64,000 bases of DNA from Blepharisma stoltei ATCC 30299 (lineage: Eukaryota > Protista > Ciliophora), in contig CBFDEM010000035.1 in the NCBI GenBank assembly GCA_965603825.1, positions 186,001 to 250,000 on the forward strand, read 5' to 3'. How positions within the stretch are numbered: the stretch's first letter is position 1; each line of letters starts with the position of its first letter. Shown here piece by piece: positions 34,300-45,838 of the stretch. The notes beneath the pieces are model-generated. The model was not told where the DNA came from and did no database searches. It was given only the letters and a program-made list of their open reading frames with translations. A program made the position numbers and the translations under genes.

Positions 34300-37200
34300 T
34301 TAGTAATAACCTTCAGCTTCATTTCTTTTATATTCTTCTTTTTCACCTTCTTCAGATTTCCGGACTCTTTTTCTTGAACTGATATTATCTGTTGACGCTG
34401 AGTGTAAGTCCATAGACTCTTTCATTAATTTCTTTAAATTTTTAAGCTCTTCTCCTGAAGCTTTTTCTAATATATGATATTTCCATAGTTTTTCATATAA
34501 TTCAGAAAAGCTCGGAAATTCGTCAGAGTTTTTTGTGACCGGCTTGTCTGATTTTTCTTCATCAGTTTTTACTTGATAAACATTGGACAAAAAATAATGA
34601 AGGATAAATAGCTGGAGGATAAGCAAAGTGTCCATTAATTCTTCATGAGAAAGCTCATCATTGTTTTTACAGCATAATTTTATAGATCTCATAAGCCTAT
34701 ATGCATTTGTCTGGAGTTTTGAATTTATGTGTTCAAATATGATGGTTAATTCTTCAGAGCTGGTGAATGATAATGACGACAGAAGATCAGCCAAATAAAA
34801 GGTAAATTCTGGATTGGCACTGGGTTCAAGGAGTTTAGAAATTGTAGCTAGAAACTTGTTACGATGAGTTTTCCTGTCCTTTATTAACATATAAAGCCGA
34901 TTATATAAAGATTCGCTTTGGGATGTAAACGACCGTGTGCCTTTAAATGTGTTGATTTGAAAATCATAAGACTCTTGTAAAGAAGGCTGCAAGTTTATTA
35001 ATACAATATCAGAATTTTTTGAAAAAATTGTTTCTATACATTTAAATGAGGTTTCTCTAATATAAATGCTGTCGTCTGCTAACAAAGCAAAAAGGGTTGG
35101 GAGATATATAGTAGGGTTTACGTGTCCTTGCAAATGAATTAGCTTTAAAATGTCAGCCGCATTTTCTCTTACCTCAATATCAAGGTCTTTGGCTAAAGTT
35201 AAGATATACCCTACATAGCCTTGGATTGCAATAAATAATGTCCCATGGTCTTCATCTCCTCCTTCTATAGTTTTTAAGTCACAATGTGACAGAAACTCTT
35301 GAAACATATTCAGAAGCCTTATTTTGGTTTCTGGGGTGACTGCTTTTTTCCAGGCATCATTTATAAGGTTTTCTGATTTTTGCAGTAAATGTGGGAATCT
35401 CACCCAAGCATAGCTTAAACACTCTAATGCTCTTTCTCTCAGTCCTTCTGCTTCAGATCTACAATAATATTTAAAATAGTCAAAAATACTTTCTGAGAAC
35501 TGTTTTCCTTGCTCTAGCTGGAGCTCATTATATATATCTGCATTATAGTATTTTATGCATAATCCTAGAACTAGCATTGCTCGATTCAGAGAAGGCAAAA
35601 TATTTGGGTCCAATTTTTTTGATCTTCGCTGCGAGCTTACTAGTATGAAGCAGTTTTTCATTAACTGGGTTAATAATGACTCATTGTGGGTCACGTCTTT
35701 TACTATTGCACATAAAGCTGCAAGAGCGCTTGCTAAAACACCTGAGCCTTGGGTATAGACTAAAGTAAGCAGCTGGGTTTCAATTTTTTGAATTCTCTGT
35801 GAAAACTGCCCAGTCATTTGTGAAGTCGTTTTTTCTATAATCACACACAGAGAGCTCAACAGTTCACTTTCTTCAGCTGAGTTGTATTTGGGAGTTAAAA
35901 ATAGGTATAATGTAGAAATATGCTGAGAAGTGATTGCAGGGTCAACGTATGATAAGATTTCAAGAATTTTGGCATATACAATTGAGTTTGAAAGAATGCT
36001 GCTTGCATAGAGCTGATCTGAAGCCAAATCACTGATTTTAGCAATTCTTGCTTTATAAGAGTCTCCTTTGGTTATTGCTATTTTGAATAGCTGAATAATC
36101 GGCTCTTTCATGTTCAGCAGCTTATAAACCTTCACTAAAGTTGAGAAAAACTGATTTTCAGTTCCATTTTCAAACCAAATATACTCAAAGGTGTTTATCA
36201 CTGCATCTTTAATTCCTTCAGTTTCGTCACCAATCCGTTTTATAAGTTCGCACAGGATTTCTATCATTTTTTCATGATCTGGATTGGAGACTATAATATC
36301 TTTTAGAATTTTGATGACTCTTTTTCTAACACTTGCTCCTTTGTCTTTGAGTCTTTCTAGTAAAGCTTGATAATATAAACTTGAAAATTGAGAGTTATGG
36401 CAGATAAAACGGCCAATTATATCACATGCAGCTTCTCTTACAGCAATTGAAGTATCTAATAGACGGTCTGTGACTGCTTCTTCTATCACTCTTTCTGCTA
36501 AACACTCTGGATCTGCTTCCACAATTCCTGCGAGCCCTTTAAGAGCCCTTGATCTTGTCAGTGGTTGAGACGCTCCTAATAAATTGACTATTTGATTCTG
36601 TACATGTGTATAAGTCGCTCCAATCTCAAAACAAAGCAAAAACTGTTTCAGGACTTTTAAAGTCCCAGTCTCTGACAATTTCGGAAAGTCTCCAGTTGCT
36701 ACCTGTGGCGGATTAAGTCAGTTTTTCTTATATTGCTTAAATTCTTTCAAGCTCATGACTTCTTTTAAATCCTCTTCCCTATCTACATCTACAATCATTT
36801 TCACAATCCAAAGACTGAGCCACACACATCTGGCGTTTTCTTTTAAATAGGAATTATCAGAAATCAAAAAATTATAAACAAGCTGCTTGTAAATATGCTC
36901 ATTTTCTTCTGTCGCGTAAATTATTTCTCTAGCAATTGGGTTTATTGTGTCTGGTTCTGATTCTTCTGATGCAGGCTTTTCGTAATTCCTGTGATTTCCT
37001 TTTTTCTTTTTGTTGCTTTTTTCGGTTTTTCTTTTCCAGTCGAATTTTTGCATGCATTCACAAATTCTGCAGTCGTCACAGCGCCAGGTTTCTTCAGTGT
37101 AGTTTTCTAGGTTTAAGCCAACACAGTCTAAATGGAACCATTTTCAGCAGCTTTCACATTGTACCATATCACAGGAACTGTTAGACCAGCCTTTTTTGCA

Positions 37201-38577
37201 TATACAAAGAGAGCTGTTAGGGTTGTCTGAAGGATGCTGGGTCTGAGGCATAGGGATTATGTTGTGAGGAACAATAGGGGATTCTCGGATTTGCATTATG
37301 TCAGACCGGAAACTTTTCGCGATATCTGATAATCTTTCTATTGCATAATATCGTAGATTTCCGGTAGATGGGCCTTTAGAAACCATTGAAAAAAGGTGAA
37401 GAATTATACATCCAAGTATTTTAGAAGCCAGCGGAAACTCAGGGCAGTATGTGATCTTTAATATATCATTTATAAAAATCTCAAGAAAAATGCGGTAGTC
37501 CTGGCTGCCACCTGAACTTTTTAAGCATTTTCCTGCCAAATTAGTGCAGAAATACTGCACTAATTTCATTGTATCCTCATACTGTGTCAGTACAACTTCG
37601 CAGTCTAAATTTCCATCAGGTTTGATTGGTTTGCTTAAAAGGCATGAGCTTTGTAGAACATGTACAACTAAAAATGAGCAAAATCTAATTGAGAGGTCAG
37701 AATATACAGGATAGTCCCTGGACACCAATTTTTTACTTTTTGAGCCTATAGCTTGGTTTGGGTCTGCAGTCATTAAAGGGAGGTTTTGGATAATTTCATC
37801 GATAATTTGATCTCTCATTTTGGAATAAAACCCAAATATCGCTGATAAAGTTTGGGCTGCTGATAATTGTAGCATTTCAAGGCCTTGTGTAAATAGGATC
37901 TTCAATAAAATATTAGTTGTTGCCATTAGCCAATAGTCTTGAAGACACCCCCTTGTAATCAGCCCTGAAAGTGACTCAAGAATCCCACACAAATTCGCCA
38001 TGCAGTTTTGCAGCTTCATATCAGCAAGCAATTTTGCACTTTGTTTATTTGATAAATTTGCTAAAGGTATAAGCAGTTTTTCAAAGGAGTCTCTAATTAT
38101 TTGCATGATAATTTCAATGGTTTCGTCAACCAATACTTTATTGTCTATATAAGGAGACCCAGCCAAATTTAAATAGACTTTTGTGGGCTCTAAATAAGGA
38201 GAAATTTCTTGACAGACTTCTAAATATTCAGTTGTATAATTTATTCTGAGCGTTGGCTCAATTATTGTTTTAATTCTCAAAGCAAGGTCTTGGAGTAAAT
38301 CTGGGTCAATGTTTCTTAATAGGTTGCGGTATCTCAGCCGAGTGATTAAATTGTCAAGTCTTTCGAAATCTTTTATTTTTGTGATATTGCTCATCCCATC
38401 TATTAAACTTTGTAAAAGCGCGGTATCTGTTTCGATTTTGGGCTCAGACCGAACAAGTGTTTTAGGGAGAGATTTTAAATTTCGAGGAGTGATGCTGGTA
38501 TCTTCTGAGTTTCGTTTATTTTTTTTGTTTGTCATTTGCAAGGTAGATACGTCTTCAATTTCGGACCTTCTGCTCAT
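34300..38577 (-). CDS. SCC2: Cohesin loader Scc2/NIPBL with internal PHD finger
   Basis: RSRALKGL..IVEADP, RLLDTSIAVREAA, RLKDKGASVRKRVIKIL, QGHVNP; one frame through TGAs 37144 and 36718. Confidence 0.88.
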
Positions 38578-38931
38578 TTTAGTTTATTAAATGGGGGATT
38601 AATTTTATTTAATAATTTTGATTTTTGGAGTTATTAATAAGCTGTTTTGTTTCTATTTTGAAAGAGATAAAGGCTAATTGAATAAATTATTTATCTTAAA
38701 TAGATTTATAAACAGAAATTTAAACTTTTATAAATTCGCTGATTGGTGTAAAATAGCAAGGATTAGCCCAAGGGAAGAGAAAGAGGTTAGGAATTTCCAT
38801 GTCACATAGTTTCTATATTTTCTAAATATAATTAGCAGAAAGCCGATTCCCAACTAATATGTTTTTTGATCAAGCATATCTAAAAACACAGACTTAAGAA
38901 TTCCTTTCGAGCTTCTAGAAATTCAAACAAT

Positions 38932-38973
38932 TTTAATCCTATAAACTTCTAATATTCGATTTATAGGATTAAA
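38932..38973. repeat. Perfect 14-bp inverted repeat with 14-nt spacer
   Basis: TTTAATCCTATAAA (38932-38945) and TTTATAGGATTAAA (38960-38973). Confidence 0.8.
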
Positions 38974-39056
38974 TCGTTATTAAATGCCTTTAAAGATTGT
39001 TAAACATGATTTTTGAACATAAATTAAATTCAAATTTAAATATTTTTTTGTTTGAA

Positions 39057-39377
39057 ATGACCAAGGATAATATTGAATATTCTGAAAAGTATTTTGATGA
39101 TGAGTATGAGTATCGCCAAGTAAAATTACCAAAAGAAAGAGGTCCTGAGCTAAAAGACAAAGGTCTTCTTAGCGACGAAGAATGGAGAAAACTTGGAATT
39201 GCTCAAAGCAAAGGATGGGTTCATTATGACTTATACTCACCAGAACCTCATATTTTACTTTTTAGAAGACTATTGGGTACTGATCCTCGAACTGGCTTAG
39301 TTGATCCAGCGCTTAGGGAAAATTTCAGGAGAGAAGCAGAGCAGAAAAGACGTGCTTTGCTGTTAAGTTGTAAATAA
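39057..39377 (+). CDS. CKS1: Cyclin-dependent kinase regulatory subunit
   Basis: IEYSEKYFDDEYEYRQVKLP, EEWRKLGIAQSKGWVHY, PEPHILLFRR. Confidence 0.93.
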   Translation: MTKDNIEYSEKYFDDEYEYRQVKLPKERGPELKDKGLLSDEEWRKLGIAQSKGWVHYDLYSPEPHILLFRRLLGTDPRTGLVDPALRENFRREAEQKRRALLLSCK

Positions 39378-39799
39378 CTTGAATTTGAATTCATAAGTAT
39401 AAGATTCTTCATATAAATGGCAAGTTAAATTTTAATACTTTTAATGATTTAAAAGTGCTTAATTCATCTAATCGGATTCTTTTCATAATTAATTGTGTTT
39501 AGCTATTATTACCCAAAATTCAATATCTGTTAAGTTTTCTTGCAGTTTAAAAAGTACTTATGCAAAGAAATTTGCTGCTTATTAAGTTAGCAAATTAGTC
39601 AATAAATCATAAGGTTGTTCTGTTTTTATCTTCCGACGAAAACAGCATCAGCATAATAGGCTAATGTAATTGCATTTATATATAATATTTATTTTGTACA
39701 ATTATTCGAGCTATTTATTCACTTTTTCACTTAGATCTTTTATTTTATTTTGATATTGACTTGATAATTATATATATATCCCAATTACTTAATTATTTA

Positions 39800-40216
39800 A
39801 TGGCATCAGGACTACACTACAAACTTTGGAACACAACTCCAACACACTCGATTTCCTCTATTACTCCTAATGATAAGAACATAGAAGTGAGAGTCATTTT
39901 ATTAGAGAAAATAAGCAACATTGAATTAAAAAGTGGAGATGTCATTCATCAATTCCTTGTCGCCGATCATTCCGGGTCTATTAAGTGCAATTTCTTTGGA
40001 GACATTGGAAGCCAATTAAAGAGTGGCGATATTGTTCATATGTCTAATATCTTTGCCACCTTATATAAAGAAACAACTTTAACTTTGTATACAGGAAAAA
40101 GGTCAAAGGTTTACAAAATAGGGGAGTTTTTCATGAGATTCCTGGAAGAGCCTAATATGAGCGAAACAGAATGGGAAAAAGATGCAAAAGGGTTATTTTA
40201 TTTGAAGCAAAGATAG
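39800..40216 (+). CDS. SOSS-B/NABP-like OB-fold ssDNA-binding protein
   Basis: FLVADHSGSI, LTLYTGK, KIGEFFMRFLEEPNMS; ends TAG. Confidence 0.8.
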   Translation: MASGLHYKLWNTTPTHSISSITPNDKNIEVRVILLEKISNIELKSGDVIHQFLVADHSGSIKCNFFGDIGSQLKSGDIVHMSNIFATLYKETTLTLYTGKRSKVYKIGEFFMRFLEEPNMSETEWEKDAKGLFYLKQR

Positions 40217-40468
40217 TTAATAGATGGATTAGAATAAAGTATCATAAGATGTATATTAGGATGAATTGTTTTATTGTTATCTTTTAGTTCTAATCTTAAA
40301 TATTAGATGCAGGTGCCTTCTTTATTAATTGAGTTCCTGCCATTTCGTTTGTTTTATAATTTCAAATTTTTTAGCATACTTTTCTCTATTCTAAAACTTT
40401 AGCTTATCATAGTGTTAGCTATTAGAAAATCCTAATTTACTAAGAATAATAGTTCTGTAATAATTTAA

Positions 40469-42403
40469 ATGCAGGTCCGACAGATTCAAGATGGGCAATA
40501 CACTGCGACAGTTTACACTCTTATCCGAGAAGGCCGGCTAGAAGAAGTAGTGACTATCCTTAACAAAGAGCTTCAGCTATCTCCCAGGTCACGTGCCGCT
40601 CTTTCACTACTTGGCTACTGTTACTATAACCTCCAAGATTATCGCATGGCGGCTACGATGTACGAGCAGCTGGTTCGCTACTACCCAGATGTCGAAGATT
40701 ATCGTGTTTATCACGCCCAAAGCTTATACAAAGGAGCTTTATACGAAGAAGCCATGACCGCATTGAACATGATTAAAAGTAACCAATCAGCTCAAAGAAT
40801 TCTCCTTATGCAAGCTGCTTCTTACTATGAACAAGACGAATTGGGCCACGCCAAAAGTGTACTTGCCAGCTGTGCTCAAAATGATCCTGAAGTCATTATT
40901 ATTGAAGCTGCAATTTTATATAAGGAAGAAAAGTATGAGGACGCAAGGGTCAAGTTTCAAGAAGCGCTAAACCAGATCGGGTATCAGTGCGATTTAGCTT
41001 ATAATGTTGCCTTGTGCCATTATAAGCTGAAACAGTGGGCGCCATGCTTGAAGTTCATTGCAGAAATCATTGAAAAAGGGGTAAGAGAACATCCTGAACT
41101 AGGAGTTGGGAGCAATGCAGAAGGAGTTGAAGTAAAAAGTGTGGGGAATACACAAATTCTTAAGGAAACTGCACTTATTGAAGCTTTTAATTTAAAGGCT
41201 GCAATTGAGTATGTGACCAAAAATATAGCAGCTGCTAAAGAAGCACTCTTGGATATGCCTCCAAGAAGTGAAGAAGAATTGGATCCAGTCACACTTCATA
41301 ACCAAGCACTGATGAATATGGACTCTGATCCAACAGTCGGATTTAGAAAGTTCAATTTCCTGCTGCAAAATCCGCCATTCCCTGTTGAAACTTTTGCAAA
41401 TTTACTGATTTTATATTGCAAATACAATTACTTTGATCTTGCTGCAGATGTCTTAGCCGAAAATGCTCAACTTACCTATAAGTGTTTATCAAACGAAGAC
41501 TTCGAATACCTAGATGCTTTAATTATGTGCCAAACTTCCCCAGAAGAAGCCTATCGCAAATTTGACAACCTCGCCAACCAAAATATCGACCAGCTTAGGA
41601 AATTTACAAAGCAAATCCAAGACGCTCGAATTGCCCGTGATAACGATGAAATCCGAAGAACTCTCAAAGAATACGATTTAGCCCTAGAAAAATACATTCC
41701 CGTACTTATGGCCCAAGCTAAAATTTACTGGGACAAAGAAAACTACTCAATGGTCGAAAAACTCTTTAGACAGTCTGCTGAATTCTGCTCTGAGCATGAA
41801 ACTTGGCAGCTAAACGTTGCTCACGTCTTTTTCATGCAAGAGAACAGATTTATCGAAGCAATCCGATACTATGAGCCAGTCGTCAGCAGATATGAAGAAA
41901 ATTTGCTTGACCTGACTGCTATTGTCCTCGCAAACTTGTGTGTAAGCTATATAATGAACTCTCAGAATGATGAAGCAGAAGAGCTGATGAGGAAAATTGA
42001 AAAAGAAGAGGAAAAAGTAAGCTATGAAAACCCAGAGCAGCAATTGTTCCATCTCTGTATTGTGAATCTTGTTATAGGAACTTTGTATTGCTCTAAAGGG
42101 AATTTTGAATTTGGGATTTCGAGAATTGTGAGAAGCCTGGAGCCTTATAATAAAAAGCTAGGCACTGATACATGGTTTTATGCTAAAAGATGCTTCCTTT
42201 CTTTAATTGAAGCAATGAGTAAGCATATGGTGGTGCTTCCTGATGCGTCACTTGCAGAAATTTTGCTATTTTTGGATGCTGCTGAGATGTATGGAACTAC
42301 AATTCCAACTGAAATTAATCCACTTGACACAAACAGTGAAAAGAAAACTGTTGCGTATGAAGCAAGAGTGCTGAAAAGAATGTTCTTGAAGCTAAGGGAA
42401 TAA
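40469..42403 (+). CDS. IFT70: Intraflagellar transport protein IFT70/TTC30/DYF-1
   Basis: DGQYTATVYTLI, LLDMPPRSEEELDPVTLHNQAL, LGTDTWFYAKRC. Confidence 0.95.
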   Translation: MQVRQIQDGQYTATVYTLIREGRLEEVVTILNKELQLSPRSRAALSLLGYCYYNLQDYRMAATMYEQLVRYYPDVEDYRVYHAQSLYKGALYEEAMTALNMIKSNQSAQRILLMQAASYYEQDELGHAKSVLASCAQNDPEVIIIEAAILYKEEKYEDARVKFQEALNQIGYQCDLAYNVALCHYKLKQWAPCLKFIAEIIEKGVREHPELGVGSNAEGVEVKSVGNTQILKETALIEAFNLKAAIEYVTKNIAAAKEALLDMPPRSEEELDPVTLHNQALMNMDSDPTVGFRKFNFLLQNPPFPVETFANLLILYCKYNYFDLAADVLAENAQLTYKCLSNEDFEYLDALIMCQTSPEEAYRKFDNLANQNIDQLRKFTKQIQDARIARDNDEIRRTLKEYDLALEKYIPVLMAQAKIYWDKENYSMVEKLFRQSAEFCSEHETWQLNVAHVFFMQENRFIEAIRYYEPVVSRYEENLLDLTAIVLANLCVSYIMNSQNDEAEELMRKIEKEEEKVSYENPEQQLFHLCIVNLVIGTLYCSKGNFEFGISRIVRSLEPYNKKLGTDTWFYAKRCFLSLIEAMSKHMVVLPDASLAEILLFLDAAEMYGTTIPTEINPLDTNSEKKTVAYEARVLKRMFLKLRE

Positions 42404-42546
42404 TAAATTAGTAGTTTATATTTATAATAGTTTTTATTTTGAATTTGTGGAATTATGATTAATGAAATACAATTATAATTAAATAAAAATTGTATATATG
42501 ATACTATCAGCAATTGTATCGCAATTTTTTATTAATGCTATTTATA

Positions 42547-43191
42547 TTAAGATTCCACATTATCTTTTTTGCTGTTTTTCTCTTGCATATAATTCTGCAG
42601 AAAATTTCTGGCAGACAAGACATTGAAGCCATTTTCTTCAATAGTTTTAAAAATAATTTCATGATCAACTTCTCGTTCGTGGCTGAATATCTCTTACTTA
42701 TTGATAATCCATTCAAGCCATTCTTCAGGTATGTTTCCTAAAGCATAATCATATAAATCTTTATAACTAATTGCCCCATCATGGTTTTTATCGCATTTAA
42801 AAAACTCATGAGCAATCTCATCAATATCTTTTATATCAATATGTTCCTCATACAAAGTTCTTCTCAAGCTTTCTTGGGTTATATAGCACCGATGATCTCT
42901 ATCTTCATACTTTTTGAAATCAGCCAACACATTAAGCTCGCACTCAGTTTTCTCCACCCTCAATTTTCTAAACTACCTATTTTATACTTGCTTAAGCGTA
43001 ATCTTCGCCCCTCCAGCATCAAGCAATACCGTTTTTAAAGCATTCAAAGGTGCATGCAAATGTATTGACCTAAAAATTGTTTTTAAGTCTTCCAGACATA
43101 TAACTCTATCTCTGTTCTACATATTTCCTACCACATCAAGCAGCTGAAACACTTTTCTTGTCGTTTCTTCTGATTCGCTATATTTTTCCAT
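42547..43191 (-). CDS. EF-hand protein with three 15-nt introns
   Basis: Spliced: MEKYSE..VFQLLDV|NRDRVICLEDL...KITLKQ|FRKL...DKNHDGAISYKDL...; ends TAA 42547-42549. Confidence 0.75.
42683..42697 (-). other. 15-nt intron
   Basis: GTAAGAGATATTCAG; contains in-frame TAA; removal extends the frame by about 45 codons. Confidence 0.65.
42973..42987 (-). other. 15-nt intron
   Basis: GTATAAAATAGGTAG; contains in-frame TAA and TAG. Confidence 0.8.
43117..43131 (-). other. 15-nt intron
   Basis: GTAGGAAATATGTAG; removal creates EF-hand loop DVNRDRVICLED. Confidence 0.85.
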
Positions 43192-43219
43192 CTATAATTT
43201 GTAAGAATACGTTTAAAAC

Positions 43220-44686
43220 ATGGAATGCTCTCACAAGATTAAAAAGCTCAACCAAGAAATTGCTTTGTACCATAAAGAACTTATAAGGGTTCTTGATAAA
43301 ATTGAGCTTGAAACCTTGCCTGTAACTTTTATGTAGAGTCCATCAAAAGTTGCTGTAGAATTGACTTCTTTCGAAGAAATTACTAATTTAACCTACAAGC
43401 TCTATGAAAAAGATAGAGCGCTGTATAAGGTTTATAGAGAAAAACAGAAAAGTAAGCCGAAAATTAAGCTTATTAGTGATTTAAAAGGAGATTTAATGAA
43501 ATTGAAAAGAGAAATCGTTGAAAATAATAAACTTGTAACGAAAGAAATCAAAAAAGTCAGCTTAATTGTTAAAGAATATAGAGAAAGATGCAAATTGGAA
43601 TTTACCCAGTTTTTGAAAGGATTGGATATTGAGCTCAGAAAGGCTTTGAAACCTTTGGTTCCTAATGAAGTTTTAAATGAGCAAATCAAATATAAGCCTA
43701 TCAATGAGGATTGGAATGGATTAGATTCATTGAATTCCACTATGCATAATGAGCCTGCTCCTGGAGATTCAACAGAGGATAAACTGAATAATCATATTCA
43801 GCTTTTAGTTAACACCCTTGAAGGGGTAGCTAAAAGTTTGATAGAAGTTACAACAGAAGTTGATAAAAAATACTATGAAATAGTAGACCCAAGTCAGCTG
43901 AACTCAGATCCGCCTTCACCATTGGCAGCTCCGCTGCCAGAATACTTTAGCTTTGATTTAGGAAGGCTTTCTGACGAGACAAGAGAATCCAGGCTCAGCT
44001 TATTAAACGAAAAAACCAAGAAAAAAATAATAAAAAGGATCAATGAAATGGAAGTCTCCAAAAATGGCTGCTTAAGCCCAAGATTGGCTCGGAGGATAAA
44101 GCGAAGACTCGAAACCTTGATCCACAAGCGAGTCAACCAATTAGAACTCTTAGACCTCTTCAAAGAAGAAGGAGTCCCAATCAGCAAGCGTGAGCAGCTT
44201 GTATTTGATATTATTAACTCTGCGAGAGATGGCAGCAAACATGTAACACTTAATGATCTGATGGGAATTACAGATGAAGCCAAAAATAAAAAAGAAATAA
44301 AAAGAAAGCCCAGCAGCTTTGAAGTCTCAGATAATGATTATTCACAAATTATGAAAAAAATCGAAGGAAGAGAACTGGAATATGAGGTGGAAGGAAATGA
44401 CTCTTTGCAGAGCTCTATAGATGATAGGCTTATTAAAAGCCCATCTCCTTCACCACCAAGGATAAACAGAGGAATTAAAAGAATTCCAGCCTCTGATAAA
44501 CATTTGAAATATCTACCAGAAGTATCTGTTTCACATGAAGATGTGAGTGTATTGCTTGATGCACGCAAACAGCAAAAAGATGTCAGAGTCAGATCTTTTA
44601 CCCCAGGCAAGCCTAAGGTTGAAGATAAAAGAGTGCAGCCCAAAAGGTCAAAGACGCCTGCACTCCGGAAAAAGAGACTGATATAA
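43220..44686 (+). CDS. Hypothetical coiled-coil/basic protein with one intron
   Basis: ATG 43220 is in frame with track ORF 43361-44686 once the intron is removed. Confidence 0.7.
43322..43336 (+). other. 15-nt intron
   Basis: GTAACTTTTATGTAG; in-frame TAG. Confidence 0.8.
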
Positions 44687-44773
44687 TTATTTAAAAAGGT
44701 AATTCTTATCTCTTTTAAGTTTTTTTATTTATAAAAGCCTTTATTTTAATTTTATTTTAAAATAAATAAATAA

Positions 44774-45706
44774 ATGAGAATTTTTGCGTTTATAATCGTT
44801 ATCCCTCTAGCCTTTTCTTTATCATGCTACCAAATGTCTTGTGACGGAAAAATTAATTCTACCTCATCAAACTGCGTTGAATTTATGTCAGACCACTACA
44901 GCCTCAAGCCTTGTTCACATTCAAATTACACATGTCCTCATCCAAGCCATATTTCAACATCTACTTCTTTAAAATGTGAATATTGGATTGATAAGAGCTT
45001 ATGAGACGCCAGCAGTGAGCAGGATTATTATGGATATTCCGTAGTTGGCAAAGGCGATCCATGCGATCCTTATGGCTTAGTAAGCACTTGTGACCGAGAC
45101 AAGAATCTAGTATGTTATTGTCCTTATGGTACTTGCACTTGTGTAGCAGGCTTAAAATACGGGGAAAACTGTGCAGTGGACTCAACGCCTTGTATAGACG
45201 GTTACATTTGCAGCCAGAAAATCTGTACGTTGAAATACTCAGTCAAGGCAGGCCAAAACGCAACAGATGAAAGAGCCTGCGCTACAGGTGGACCTTTAGT
45301 TATTAATGGAGAGTATTTTACATGTAAATCTGCTGTGGTAACTGCAGGGACTTTGCCAAAGAGTTGTAGTACAAATAATGATTGTATTTCTGCAGATGGA
45401 ACAGATTATAGCACTTGCTTGTGTGGAATGAATACTGATGGGCAGGCTTATTGCAAGTTGCATTATAGCGATGAGCCTATGATTAATTGGAGAGAAGCTG
45501 CAAGAGATGGAGATTGGCCAAGACAAATATACTGAGAGTTTATGAGCGTAAATTATCCTTACTTGCAAGGGAATATCCCATCATGCTTGTCTACTACATG
45601 GAGAGATTATGGGGTGTACTCTAATGGAGAGCCAGCAAGCTCTCTTTCAGGGAGTTTTAGAATGGAATGTGTAAGCGCTGCTATAGCTGCTTTTTTAATA
45701 TGTTAA
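44774..45706 (+). CDS. Cys-rich secreted, probably GPI-anchored surface protein
   Basis: Signal peptide, many Cys, TGAs 45002 and 45533, hydrophobic C-terminus VSAAIAAFLIC then TAA. Confidence 0.75.
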
Positions 45707-45838
45707 ATTTTGTGAAAATAAAATAATTTTTTCTAATGATAGATTGTAGGAAGCCTCCATTGTGTTTTAAATAAAAAATCCTAATAATTGGTCAATATTT
45801 TACTCGATAAACTACAAATTTTGATAAACTAATTAAAA

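Noticed and set aside
45671-45686. GTAAGCGCTGCTATAG, a 16-nt GT-AG segment
   Set aside because: No TA/branch A at -6, not needed for frame, and removal would destroy the hydrophobic GPI-like tail.
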